NCBI GenBank assembly: GCA_964421195.1
Contig: CAYQWL010000002.1
Location: forward strand, 16,801 to 70,900
Direction of reading: 5' to 3'
DNA from: an uncultured bacterium
GTDB taxonomy: Bacteria; Muiribacteriota; UBA9980
Length of the DNA stretch: 54,100 nt
Shown here: in pieces, positions 1-9,910 of the stretch
Numbering within the stretch: position 1 is the stretch's first letter
Layout of the letters: each line of letters begins with the position of its first letter
The notes under the pieces: model-generated
What the model saw: only the letters and a program-made list of their open reading frames with translations
The model's database searches: none
Told to the model about the DNA's origin: nothing
Translations under genes and position numbers: made by a program

Positions 1-1
1 A

Positions 2-364
2 AATATTATAGCAACATTATGCATCCGGCTAAAAACATTTTTAAACGCCATTGAGGAATTATCATTAAATGAAGTATCCACGCGTTTAGCTAAATATCTT
101 ATACAGCTTGCAACCCCAAACAATACGGCACATAAAAACAATTTAGCAACCACGGCCTTAAAAAACGCCATCATTGATTCAAATACAGACACCGCCATGA
201 TCACTCTCAACATAAAAAAAAACATTCTGGCCGGCCAGCTTGGAACTATCCCTGAAACTCTTTCACGCACTTTCTCGAAATTAAAAAAGCAGGGCATTAT
301 TCAAATTAACGGTAAAACTATAACTATTTTAAGCCTGAAAAAACTCAGTTCGCTGTTCTTATGA
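2..364 (+). CDS. Crp/Fnr family transcriptional regulator, C-terminal HTH (5' truncated by window edge)
   Basis: Manual translation of frame 2 is open to TGA at 362-364 and gives ...LSLNEVSTRLAKYL...LAGQLGTIPETLSRTFSKLKKQGIIQINGKTITIL, a typical Crp-type HTH. Not in the ORF track. Confidence 0.85.
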   Translation, partial: NIIATLCIRLKTFLNAIEELSLNEVSTRLAKYLIQLATPNNTAHKNNLATTALKNAIIDSNTDTAMITLNIKKNILAGQLGTIPETLSRTFSKLKKQGIIQINGKTITILSLKKLSSLFL

Positions 365-680
365 ATATTACATAAAAAAACGATATTGATTATATCTATA
401 AATGCTTGACAAAATCCTGTCATTCTGTTATTTTAATTCCCGTCCGTTTCATCGAGCTATAAAACATTGCAGCTTTAATTTTTTAAAATCGCTTTGCCGT
501 AAACATTTTCAATAAACCGTCATTATCCGAATTTTATTGCGGCAGTTGTAATATACATTTTAACAATCACTAAATTATATAAGCAAACGTTAATTACATA
601 ATAATCGTCAGCACATCAATAATCATTTACAAAACAAATACAAAGCATAAAAACATTTTAATTAAAGAGAGGAAACATTT

Positions 681-2219
681 ATGAGTAAAAACCGGGCTAA
701 TTTTAAAATCACCTCAAAATTATTTTTTTTAATTTTATTCACCGCCGCAATTGTATTTACAGGCTGCTCAAGCGATAGCATCAACAACGCCACGCCCGCA
801 AAGGTAATTTATACCGACGCTAAAGCCATAGACGCTTCAGGCGGCTCCTTCAGTTCACCCGCGCATAAAATAGGCATAGAAATAACGCCTTCCACATTTT
901 ACCAGCAATCACAGGTAAGCCTGGAAGTGCTGGATATGCAACATTCAGACGTTCAAAAAGACGGATTTTTTTATTCACCAAACGGCGTCAATTTCACATT
1001 CGAGCCCGCTTCGCTTGACGGCATCGGCCGCGCAGCCAATTCTTCCGCTATACGTGAAATCAGGACGCGGCTGCCATATGCAGGCGTTTATAACGAAGAG
1101 CATCCTCCGCTTTTTATCGCCATGAATCAAAACGGCCTGTTTATCCCCGTGGATTATGTGACCGATACCGTTTCTGCCACATTGATCGGGCTCATCGACA
1201 CCATGGAAATAAATACGTTAATGGAAGACACTGCCGGAAAGCTCATTTTAAAATTATTCACCGCAAACCTTAACGCTACGCAAGACGCATCAGGCGCCAT
1301 ATCCGCATCAATCAAAATATTCAGCCGCGCGCACAATAAATTTGAGGCGGCGCCGATACCTTCGCTTGCCGGAAAACGAATAGCGCTCGTAGTTCACGGC
1401 ATAACCAGCAATTTAGACCAATCAAAAGCTATGGGCGAATTTTTGGCGACTTTCAAAAAAAACGGCGCCCTTTACTACGATCAGGTAATCGGTTTTGAAT
1501 ATTCATCTAACGCCCGCATTTCCGAACTCGGAGCCAGAATGGCTGCCACGGCTTATCCTCACGTCGCATCCTGCGCCCAGCTTGATATATTCGCCCACAG
1601 CATGGGCAATCTTGTAGCGCGTTACGCCATGACCACACAGAACGTCGAAAAAGTGCCAAACCGGTTAAACATGGTCAAACATTATGTGGCGCTCGGCGGG
1701 CCACACGAAGGCGTGCCGCTGGTAACTCTTTCCGGGTTTAAATTTTTCGATATGATGGCTTATATATTCGGAGTTGATACCATCTATTGCGTTTACGACT
1801 TACTTACCTATGTCGATCAGCTTGAGCCATACACCGCCTTTTTAAGAGATTTAAACGATTTTTCAAAAAACGGCGGCGTTGGCCCCGAATATAAAACCCT
1901 GCGCGTTTACTCAATGACCGGCCAGACTTATTCAAATTATAAAATGGCGGGAATCATTCCGGCCGGAAAAATATTTAATTACATGTATAAAAACGCCGTC
2001 GCAAACTCGAAAAAAACTCTGGTTTATAAAATAGATGGGATAGTCGCCGATTACAGCGCCGGCAGCACCACCCAGAAAAATCTCGAAAAGCTTTCCGAAT
2101 ACCACAAAAATACGCCGGCGGCGGCCATTATTTTCCCGGAGCTCAATCACGGCGAACTTTTCAGCAGTTTAAAATCTTTAAATCAGATAAGCGATTGGCT
2201 TAACAATTACTGGGATTAA
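681..2219 (+). CDS. Lipoprotein with C-terminal alpha/beta hydrolase (lipase/esterase-like) domain
   Basis: Lipobox-like IVFTG-C; oxyanion-type LVVHGI; nucleophile elbow AHSMG; ALGGPHEG; candidate catalytic D (DGIV) and H (NHGEL). SD-like GAGAGGA upstream. Confidence 0.8.
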   Translation: MSKNRANFKITSKLFFLILFTAAIVFTGCSSDSINNATPAKVIYTDAKAIDASGGSFSSPAHKIGIEITPSTFYQQSQVSLEVLDMQHSDVQKDGFFYSPNGVNFTFEPASLDGIGRAANSSAIREIRTRLPYAGVYNEEHPPLFIAMNQNGLFIPVDYVTDTVSATLIGLIDTMEINTLMEDTAGKLILKLFTANLNATQDASGAISASIKIFSRAHNKFEAAPIPSLAGKRIALVVHGITSNLDQSKAMGEFLATFKKNGALYYDQVIGFEYSSNARISELGARMAATAYPHVASCAQLDIFAHSMGNLVARYAMTTQNVEKVPNRLNMVKHYVALGGPHEGVPLVTLSGFKFFDMMAYIFGVDTIYCVYDLLTYVDQLEPYTAFLRDLNDFSKNGGVGPEYKTLRVYSMTGQTYSNYKMAGIIPAGKIFNYMYKNAVANSKKTLVYKIDGIVADYSAGSTTQKNLEKLSEYHKNTPAAAIIFPELNHGELFSSLKSLNQISDWLNNYWD

Positions 2220-2335
2220 AAAACATGGCGACTGCGTTTTTAATTCAAGCCGCCATATGGCTTCTTCCGACAATTAAACAATTATAGCAACCAAGCATAA
2301 AATATAAAAAATATTAAATATTAAAGGAACCCGCG

Positions 2336-3085
2336 ATGAACCGATATTTTTTTGAAATCCACAGCGGCAACGATCGTGAAGCGCCCGGCTGTGACAAATT
2401 CACGGCAAAAGCGCTTTCATATATAAAAACAAAATTAAAGCCAGGCGCGATTAACATATTAGATATAGGCTGCGGCCCCGGCGCCCAAACGCTGCAACTC
2501 GCATCGGAACTGCCAGACGCTTTTATTACGGCAATAGATACGCACCAGCCTTTCATAAACAGGCTTTCCATCACAGCTGAAAAGCGAGGATTCGCCGGCA
2601 GGATATCAGCCGTTAATATGTCGATGAACGCGATGAATTTTGCAAATGAAAATTTCGATTTAATATGGTCGGAAGGCGCCATATATAATCTGGGCTTTGA
2701 CGCCGGGCTTAAAGAATGCCGGCGGCTTTTAAAGCCGGGCGGCTTCGCTGCCATTTCAGAAGCCGCATGGCTTAAATCCAACGTCCCCGAAGAATGCAGA
2801 GAATTCTGGAGCGAATGTTATCCAGCGATGCGCACGGTAAATGAAAATATCGAGGCAATACAAAAAGCAGGATTCGAACTGATCGCTAATTTTACTCTTC
2901 CCGGCTACGCATGGCTCGACAACTACTACGCGCCGCTAAAATTGCGGGCAGCTGAAATGCTTAAAAATAACGCCGGCATCGCCGAAGCTAAAGCCGCATT
3001 CGACGCGGAAATGTATGAAATCGCCATATATGAAAAATACGGAAAATATTATGGATATGAATTTTTCGTAATACGCCGAAAATAA
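2336..3085 (+). CDS. Class I SAM-dependent methyltransferase
   Basis: ILDIGCGPG motif I, AID acidic motif, FDLIWSEGAIY, LLKPGG. Confidence 0.9.
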   Translation: MNRYFFEIHSGNDREAPGCDKFTAKALSYIKTKLKPGAINILDIGCGPGAQTLQLASELPDAFITAIDTHQPFINRLSITAEKRGFAGRISAVNMSMNAMNFANENFDLIWSEGAIYNLGFDAGLKECRRLLKPGGFAAISEAAWLKSNVPEECREFWSECYPAMRTVNENIEAIQKAGFELIANFTLPGYAWLDNYYAPLKLRAAEMLKNNAGIAEAKAAFDAEMYEIAIYEKYGKYYGYEFFVIRRK

Positions 3086-3118
3086 GCCGAAACAATGTTT
3101 CAAATTTATAATATAAAC

Positions 3119-4306
3119 TTATTCATATTTCCATACCATTATTTTATCGGAATTTTTTTTATCACGATAAGCTAAATAAGGCACTTTCTGACATACTGAA
3201 AGCGATAAATCGCAAACATCGTTCGAGCTAAAATCACGCCGTCCGATGACGCTCCAGTTTCCGGTTTCATTACTCATAACGGTTATGCGCTTTTCACTGG
3301 TATAATCACGGAACGCGACATATAAAACGCCGTTATAATCGGCAAGCGCGCAATCAGAAGCCGGTCCGTCAGAGACGCCTTCACCCGATATATTTTTCCA
3401 TACGGCGCCGTCATAAAGCATCACTTTAACACGAGAATTCGCCATACCGTCGCAATAAGCCATATACAGGCCGCCGTTAATCTGACGAAAATTAAGATAT
3501 GAAGCGTTTTCAGATGAAAATGCCTGCCCGCCTATATGTTCCCATATATCGAGAGTTTTGTTGAATTTAACGGCGCTTATTTTATTAGCGGCGGTTTTTT
3601 CAATATAAGCGGCATAAGGAACGCCGTCCAGAACGGCGAGTTTAATTTCTTTAACCTGCGAGCTGGATATGGCCGCCGCGCCAAGTTGCTTCCAATCGGC
3701 GCCATAGCGCATAAAAGCGTAAGGCCTATCAAAATTATCGCCATTACAATAAGCTACATAAAATTTATCATTGGTGTAATCAGAAATCTTAAAATCGAGA
3801 TAATTGGCTTTCTTATGCGTAAAACCGGCCGCTCCCACATATTGCCATGAACCGTTCACAAAACCGATTACGCTGATTTTATTTTCTAATGAAGACTCGG
3901 TATAAGCGCAATAAAGAACGTTTTTATATATTACAAATGAATGATATTCAGCGGCTGAAAAGCTCGCTCCGCCGTCATTCACGGTCTTCCACAAAAACCC
4001 GTCAAAACGTCCGACACTCACTTTTGAAGAATTCCCCTCATCGATAAAAGCGATATGCGGTACCAGATAATTAAAATATAAAACGGGAGCGCGGCCCGGT
4101 TTAAACATAAAATCGATATCGCCGGACATTTTCCATGAAGGCAAAGACGGTTTTTCTTCCGGCGAAGTACCGCCGCCGAAAAAATGATCGCTGGTACCGT
4201 CCGAACGGCAGCCGGCGGAACTAAATAAAAATAAAAGCAACGCCGGCAAATATATTAATAAGAAAAAAACCGCACGCATTTTAATTCTTTTTTTAAATAA
4301 AATCAT
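3119..4306 (-). CDS. Lipoprotein with about six ~48-aa repeats (probable beta-propeller)
   Basis: Hydrophobic N-terminus ending SSAG-C; repeats anchored on W-x-x-[VLI]-G ... S ... [LP]Y[VAM]A[YF]. Confidence 0.7.
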   Translation of the reverse strand: MILFKKRIKMRAVFFLLIYLPALLLFLFSSAGCRSDGTSDHFFGGGTSPEEKPSLPSWKMSGDIDFMFKPGRAPVLYFNYLVPHIAFIDEGNSSKVSVGRFDGFLWKTVNDGGASFSAAEYHSFVIYKNVLYCAYTESSLENKISVIGFVNGSWQYVGAAGFTHKKANYLDFKISDYTNDKFYVAYCNGDNFDRPYAFMRYGADWKQLGAAAISSSQVKEIKLAVLDGVPYAAYIEKTAANKISAVKFNKTLDIWEHIGGQAFSSENASYLNFRQINGGLYMAYCDGMANSRVKVMLYDGAVWKNISGEGVSDGPASDCALADYNGVLYVAFRDYTSEKRITVMSNETGNWSVIGRRDFSSNDVCDLSLSVCQKVPYLAYRDKKNSDKIMVWKYE

Positions 4307-4414
4307 ACGCAGCGCTCATTTTATTATTAGAGCCCGTCACTCCTCAATTAATCACCGAAAATTAACAACAATGGCAATATAAAGATAAAAGCATTTTACA
4401 ATATTATCATTTAA

Positions 4415-4444
4415 TTGACAAGCATTTATTATAATTATTATAAT
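4415..4444 (+). promoter_or_regulatory. Putative sigma-70 promoter for the 4726 gene
   Basis: TTGACA (4415-4420), 18-nt spacer, TATAAT (4439-4444). The region is very AT-rich, so a chance match is possible. Confidence 0.45.
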
Positions 4445-4725
4445 TTAATTATATTTTAACTATATTTTATTACAGCTTTGATTATAATTAATTTAAAAAT
4501 AAACTTTACAATTTTAACATTTTCGTTTATAATTAATTCATTAAATTAAAAATTTAATATAAGTTCCAGCCAATTTAAAGTAACAATAAACGATTAAATT
4601 AACCGGATTACATTAAAAAATAAGCTTTATTAAGCTTCATCAAGTTAAATAATCAAGTCAGGTAAATAATTAAAACAAAAATACTCATTAATTTAATCAT
4701 TATTTCAAATGGAGGTATTATCTCG

Positions 4726-5538
4726 ATGAAAAAAATTTTAATCGCCCTTGTTGTTCTATCCATGCTTTTTACCGTTAGTTCGGTTTTCGCGGCTTCAAAA
4801 GACGTAACGCAGCTTCAAAAAACGGCCGAACTCACCGCTCGCGCCGACGCGGCCGAAGACGAACCGCTTCCAGGCGATCAACTTCCGGGCGGCGAGCCTT
4901 CAGCTCCTTCGGTTCCGGTTCCTGACGATCCGTCGGCTCCTATCGATTCTAAAGTCAGCCAGTATTATTGCGTCATACCAAATGACCATGTCAAAAACTT
5001 AGAAGCTCTTTGCGCTAAATATAATGCGCCTATAAGCATTTACCGTTCATTCAACCAGCTTATAGTATTAAAAAGACTTGGCGTTCTCGTAAAAGTAGAT
5101 CCCACAAAAACATATTTCATCAAAAAACTTCGCGAAAATTATAATGCAAAACCATTAAGAAAATTATCGCTTAAAGTCAACGTATCGGTTAATTCGCTCA
5201 CCTACGGCATTAGCAAAGCGGCCGAAGCGTCGGTTAAAAACGAATTCGAACCTATCGAAGCGATACTCGAAGGCATGTTAAAAACCCCTTACGGCTATCA
5301 TAATACCATGTTTAAAACCATAGCTCTCAATTTTTCCGGCCTGCTCGATAAAGTAACCGTTAAAACCAATGATTACCTCGGCTTCGGCAAAAAACGCAAA
5401 ATATTATTCAATCCTGTCGTAACCATTGAGCTCACCGCTTTAAATATGAATGGAAAAAATAAACATGTAACCATGTTTTACAAACAATTCGCCTATAAAA
5501 CAATTAAACACGACGACAGCTATCAATGGGGCGAATAA
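4726..5538 (+). CDS. Secreted hypothetical protein with Pro/acidic linker
   Basis: GGAGG SD; Sec signal MKKILIALVVLSMLFTVSSVFA; EDEPLPGDQLPGGEPSAPSVPVPDDPSAP low-complexity segment. Confidence 0.8.
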   Translation: MKKILIALVVLSMLFTVSSVFAASKDVTQLQKTAELTARADAAEDEPLPGDQLPGGEPSAPSVPVPDDPSAPIDSKVSQYYCVIPNDHVKNLEALCAKYNAPISIYRSFNQLIVLKRLGVLVKVDPTKTYFIKKLRENYNAKPLRKLSLKVNVSVNSLTYGISKAAEASVKNEFEPIEAILEGMLKTPYGYHNTMFKTIALNFSGLLDKVTVKTNDYLGFGKKRKILFNPVVTIELTALNMNGKNKHVTMFYKQFAYKTIKHDDSYQWGE

Positions 5539-5585
5539 TAAAACCACATTTTCATAAAGAAAATCAATATAAACAATAAAATCAG

Positions 5586-5620
5586 CCGCGCATTCCGTGT
5601 TAGAATGCGCGGTTATTTAT
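5586..5620 (+). terminator. Intrinsic terminator-like hairpin after the 4726 gene
   Basis: 10-bp perfect stem CCGCGCATTC / GAATGCGCGG, 7-nt loop, followed by TTATTTAT. Confidence 0.7.
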
Positions 5621-5648
5621 AAATAAAATAAGTAATAAATAAAAAACT

Positions 5649-6548
5649 ATGAATGAAAATTACAAAATTAAATTTTTAACTCATATCCAGGCCGAAGATT
5701 TTAAAAATATGACTTACGGTCGTTATAAACCGTTTATCGCCTGGATGGATAATATTCTGGGAAAAATTTTCCCGGTGGGCCTTTATTACAAAAATCAGCC
5801 CGCGGGGTTTCTTCTGGCCCTGAATTCTTCATCTGAAAAAACGGCAGATATACTGTCGATATTCATAGAAAAACAACATCGCGGACAAAAAATAGCTATT
5901 GATATGATAAAATTTTTAATCGCCAGATGCCGCGAGGCCTCGATTAAAACTATCAGGACATTTTATTTTAGCAACCGCCCTTTCACGCCGATTATAAATA
6001 ACATTTTCAATAAATGCGAATTTTTTCCGGCCAGACCGGAAGTATTTTTCTGTAAATGCGATAAAAACATCACCAGAATGCCTTTAATAGAATATACCAA
6101 TCTGCCGGCCGGTTTTGAAACTTTTGACTGGAAAAGCATGAATTCAGAATTAAAAGAAAAGTTAAAATATGAATTGCAAAATAAAGATTGGTTCGATAAA
6201 AGGCTTTCGCCTTTTTCGCCGGAAGAAACCATAGTCGGCGGATTAAGCCTTGGACTTCGAAAAAAAAATAAAATAGCGGGATGGACTATATGCAATTATT
6301 TTAATGAAGACACGATATCATACACATCGATTTTTATAATGCCAGAATTTCAGGGCATGGCGCTCGGAATCGCCCTGCAAATGATTTCCATAAGAGCTCA
6401 TCTTCTCACGAACCTCGCCCAAAAATATCCATTCGGCATGTTCAATGTAAGATATGACAATCCAGCCCGGCTGAAAGCGGTTAAAAATAAAATAGCGAAA
6501 TACTCTATTGAACAATATGATCAGCTAATACGGGAAAAAAATCTTTAA
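5649..6548 (+). CDS. Tandem (two-domain) GNAT family acyltransferase
   Basis: Two acyl-CoA-binding motifs: SIFIEKQHRGQKIA and SIFIMPEFQGMALG. Lies directly upstream of lanM. Confidence 0.8.
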   Translation: MNENYKIKFLTHIQAEDFKNMTYGRYKPFIAWMDNILGKIFPVGLYYKNQPAGFLLALNSSSEKTADILSIFIEKQHRGQKIAIDMIKFLIARCREASIKTIRTFYFSNRPFTPIINNIFNKCEFFPARPEVFFCKCDKNITRMPLIEYTNLPAGFETFDWKSMNSELKEKLKYELQNKDWFDKRLSPFSPEETIVGGLSLGLRKKNKIAGWTICNYFNEDTISYTSIFIMPEFQGMALGIALQMISIRAHLLTNLAQKYPFGMFNVRYDNPARLKAVKNKIAKYSIEQYDQLIREKNL

Positions 6549-6589
6549 TGATAAAATGTAATTAAACATATATAATTTACAGGTCGAAC

Positions 6590-9500
6590 ATGAAAATAAG
6601 CGTTAACGACAAAAAAATGATAGCCGCAAAAGCCGCTTTTATAGAAGAACGCATATCCGGTTCCGTGATAGCGGCCGATTCAAACAATCACATAGAAAAC
6701 GTTTTGAACCGTGAAAATAACAAAAATAATATGCATTCAAAACTCATACGGCGATGGGCCGAATTAACTTCGGACGTTTTCGATGATAAAGGATTTGAAC
6801 GCCGCCTTAAATTAACATCAAAAAGCCTCGAAGCAATAAACGCCCTTACCGGCCCGGTCTTATGGAACGATGAAAAACCTTTACCAGAATGGATTTCAAC
6901 ATTAGAAGAATTTTTCAAAATTTTGCCCGCGTCTTATGATGAAATTATATCAGCGCTTCCTTCTAAATTAATGCCAGACGATTATTACGCTCCCTTTCAA
7001 CATGTCTGGGCGCCGTGGCTTTTAATATGTCGCCGGAAATTAAAACACTTCGCCGGCCGGGCTTTTAACCTTTTAAGCGTCAATGCTGAAATTTCATGGC
7101 TGCGGTATATATTAAATTCATTAAACACGGAATTCGCGCTCTGCCTCAATTCAGCCTTCGAACTTCTTAAATCTAATAATTTTATTTTTTTCAGCATGCC
7201 TCCGGCAGAATCATTTCCCGAAGGTTCTAAAACCCATTATAATAATTTTTCGAGGGTAATGCTCGAAGGCGGCTGGCTTGATTTTTTTAAAAAATACTCC
7301 GTAGCGGCCCGGCTTATATCCAATTTATGCGAATGCCAGGCGCTATATTTATCAGACGTTCTTAAAAATTACGAAAAAGACGCGGATAAAATCGAAAAAA
7401 CTTTCAACCAGAAAAGGAAGGCCGGCCGGATATCCGATTTAGAAGCCGGTCTTTCCGACTTTCACAACGGCGGAAAAAACGTCATTAAATTAAAATTTAA
7501 AAACGGACTCGCCGTTTATTACAAACCGCGCACCGGAAAAATCGACACTCTATGGGACGGAATTTTAAACTGGCTCGCGTCAAAAATAAAAAATATTAAA
7601 TTTAAAACGCCGGTTCGGCTGAATCGTCAAACGCATACCTGGGTTGAAAACATACAGGCAAACGATTTAATAAAAAAAGAAGAAACCGCGATTTTTTATT
7701 ATAAAGCCGGCGCCATATTAGCTTTAATATATGTTCTTGGCGGCACCGACTTTCATCAGGAAAATCTCATCGCCTGCGGCAGCGAACCCGTTTTAATAGA
7801 TCTTGAAACGCTATTAAGCCCGTCAGTCAAACCTTTTAATTACACAAACATGGACGATGAAGATAAAAAAAATTATCACGGCCTTGAAAGCGATTCCGTT
7901 TTAAGAACATGTATGCTGCCTCTCTGGACGGCTGTTTCAAAAAACATTTCAAGAGATTACGGCGCGCTCACGCCCGACGATGACTCTTTTTATTCGCGCA
8001 GAAAATGGCTGGATATAAACACCGATAAAATGAGACGCGGCTATATAGACCGAAAAAATACTTTTTCGCCCAACATCCCCCGGCTCAACGGAAAATATAT
8101 CGACACATTTAAATATAAAGAAAACATTATAAAAGGATTTAAAAACGCTTATAAAATAATTATGAATAACGGCGAAGAATTTTTAAACGAAACCGGACGG
8201 TTCGAAAAATTTAAAAACGCGCGCATACGTTATTTAACCAGACAATCGCAGGTATATGCCGATATGATCGACCGGCTGAGATCGCCGGCGTTAATGCGCG
8301 ACGGCGCGGCTTTTTCTATAGAATCCGAAGGTCTGGCAAAACCGTTTTTAAACTTCGCTTCCACTGAACGCATCGAAGCGCTCTGGAAATTATTCGAAGC
8401 CGAAAGAGGCGAAATTCTTTCTTTAAATATTCCATTATTCGAATTTACTTTAGACGGGCTTTCAATTTATGGGCCGTCTGGAAAAATACTGTCCGATTAT
8501 TTTTTGAAAACAGCTGTAGAACAGATTAAACGACGCACCATGAAATTGAGCGCAAAAGATCTCGAATTTCAATCAAATTTAATCGACGCTTCGTTTTTAT
8601 GCCGTTATCCAGATAAAATCAATAAAAATACTCCGGCTAAAAAGAAAAATAACAGATCCGCGATCGATCTTCCGTTGATTTCCGATAAAGAATATATTAA
8701 AACGGCTCGGTCCGCGGCCTATCAAATTGCTGAAAAAGCGGTTTATATCAAAGGAAAACCGCAATGGCTCACGCTTAAAACCGACCCGGAAAGCCGGAAA
8801 AATTTTATCGGCCCCATAGATTTAACTTTATATGAAGGCGCTTCAGGCATCGGCCTTTTTCTTTGCGCATACGAAAAACTGACGGGCGATCGAACCTATC
8901 GCACGCTCGCTATAGACTGCTTTTCAGAAATCGAAGAATTATTAAATGACCAATCAGCCGCAGTTGCGGCCGTAAAATCATCATGCGGTTACTGCGGAGG
9001 AATGCCCGGCATTTTCTGGGCGCTTTATAAATCGGGAAATTATATTCAGGACGAGCGGTTAATAGCAATGGCAAAAAAAGGCGAAAATTTATTAAACGCA
9101 AAAAACGTTAAAGATAGCGATGCGACGGATATAATCGGCGGCGCGGCAGGCGGCGCGCTTGCATTTTCAGCTTTATACGAAGCCCGCGGAAATGAACGGC
9201 TTATAGAGCTCGTTAAAATCCATGCTAAAAATTTAATTAACAAACGCTTTAAATACGATAAATGGAATTTATGGCCGTCAGACTACGCGTCAAAGCCTCT
9301 TACCGGATTCGCCCACGGCGCGGCAGGCTACGCTCTATCTTTAGCTAAAGCTTATGAACTGACCCGTATCGAAATTTTTAAAGAAGCCGCGCTCGAAGCC
9401 ATCGATTACGAAACTTCTAATTATATGCCCGAATATAATAACTGGCCGGATTTCAGACATAACCGGGCCTTAAAAACCGGAGAAACGGCTTTTATGGCCG

Positions 9501-9904
9501 GATGGTGTTCAGGAGCGCCTGGAATAGGGCTCGCGCGCATTAAAATGCCAAAATTTTTTCATGACCGAAAGATAAAAACCGATATCGAAAATGCTTTATC
9601 TTTTACTATAAATTTCAAGCATTTTTACAATTCACGCGATCACCTATGCTGCGGCGGCGCAGGCCGTATCGATTTTTTAATAGAAGCTTCCATAGCGCTT
9701 AATAGGCTCAATTTAATGGAAGACGCCAGAAAACAATTTTCATTTATAGTAAATAGAGCGGCTCTTAACGGCGGTTATACCCTGCCCGTCGAAGAATCAA
9801 AATCAATTTTTATGCCTGGACTTTTTACCGGCCTGTCGGGAATAGGATTAACCGCACTGAGACTTATCGATCCAAAAATAATTTCAAGCGCGTTAACCCC
9901 CTGA
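6590..9904 (+). CDS. lanM: Class II lanthipeptide synthetase LanM (dehydratase + LanC-like cyclase), CCG type
   Basis: Dehydratase motifs SDFHNGG, YYKPR, TDFHQENLIA, IDLETL, RYLTRQSQVY. Cyclase motifs LYEGASGI, GFAHGAAG, GWCSGAPG, HLCCGGAG, PGLFTGLSGIG. 1104 aa. Confidence 0.95.
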   Translation: MKISVNDKKMIAAKAAFIEERISGSVIAADSNNHIENVLNRENNKNNMHSKLIRRWAELTSDVFDDKGFERRLKLTSKSLEAINALTGPVLWNDEKPLPEWISTLEEFFKILPASYDEIISALPSKLMPDDYYAPFQHVWAPWLLICRRKLKHFAGRAFNLLSVNAEISWLRYILNSLNTEFALCLNSAFELLKSNNFIFFSMPPAESFPEGSKTHYNNFSRVMLEGGWLDFFKKYSVAARLISNLCECQALYLSDVLKNYEKDADKIEKTFNQKRKAGRISDLEAGLSDFHNGGKNVIKLKFKNGLAVYYKPRTGKIDTLWDGILNWLASKIKNIKFKTPVRLNRQTHTWVENIQANDLIKKEETAIFYYKAGAILALIYVLGGTDFHQENLIACGSEPVLIDLETLLSPSVKPFNYTNMDDEDKKNYHGLESDSVLRTCMLPLWTAVSKNISRDYGALTPDDDSFYSRRKWLDINTDKMRRGYIDRKNTFSPNIPRLNGKYIDTFKYKENIIKGFKNAYKIIMNNGEEFLNETGRFEKFKNARIRYLTRQSQVYADMIDRLRSPALMRDGAAFSIESEGLAKPFLNFASTERIEALWKLFEAERGEILSLNIPLFEFTLDGLSIYGPSGKILSDYFLKTAVEQIKRRTMKLSAKDLEFQSNLIDASFLCRYPDKINKNTPAKKKNNRSAIDLPLISDKEYIKTARSAAYQIAEKAVYIKGKPQWLTLKTDPESRKNFIGPIDLTLYEGASGIGLFLCAYEKLTGDRTYRTLAIDCFSEIEELLNDQSAAVAAVKSSCGYCGGMPGIFWALYKSGNYIQDERLIAMAKKGENLLNAKNVKDSDATDIIGGAAGGALAFSALYEARGNERLIELVKIHAKNLINKRFKYDKWNLWPSDYASKPLTGFAHGAAGYALSLAKAYELTRIEIFKEAALEAIDYETSNYMPEYNNWPDFRHNRALKTGETAFMAGWCSGAPGIGLARIKMPKFFHDRKIKTDIENALSFTINFKHFYNSRDHLCCGGAGRIDFLIEASIALNRLNLMEDARKQFSFIVNRAALNGGYTLPVEESKSIFMPGLFTGLSGIGLTALRLIDPKIISSALTP

Positions 9905-9910
9905 CACCCG

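Noticed and set aside
4726-5538. The upstream 270-aa gene as a lanthipeptide precursor
   Set aside because: It has a Sec signal peptide, is too long, and has no Nif11/NHLP-like leader or C-terminal Cys/Ser/Thr core.
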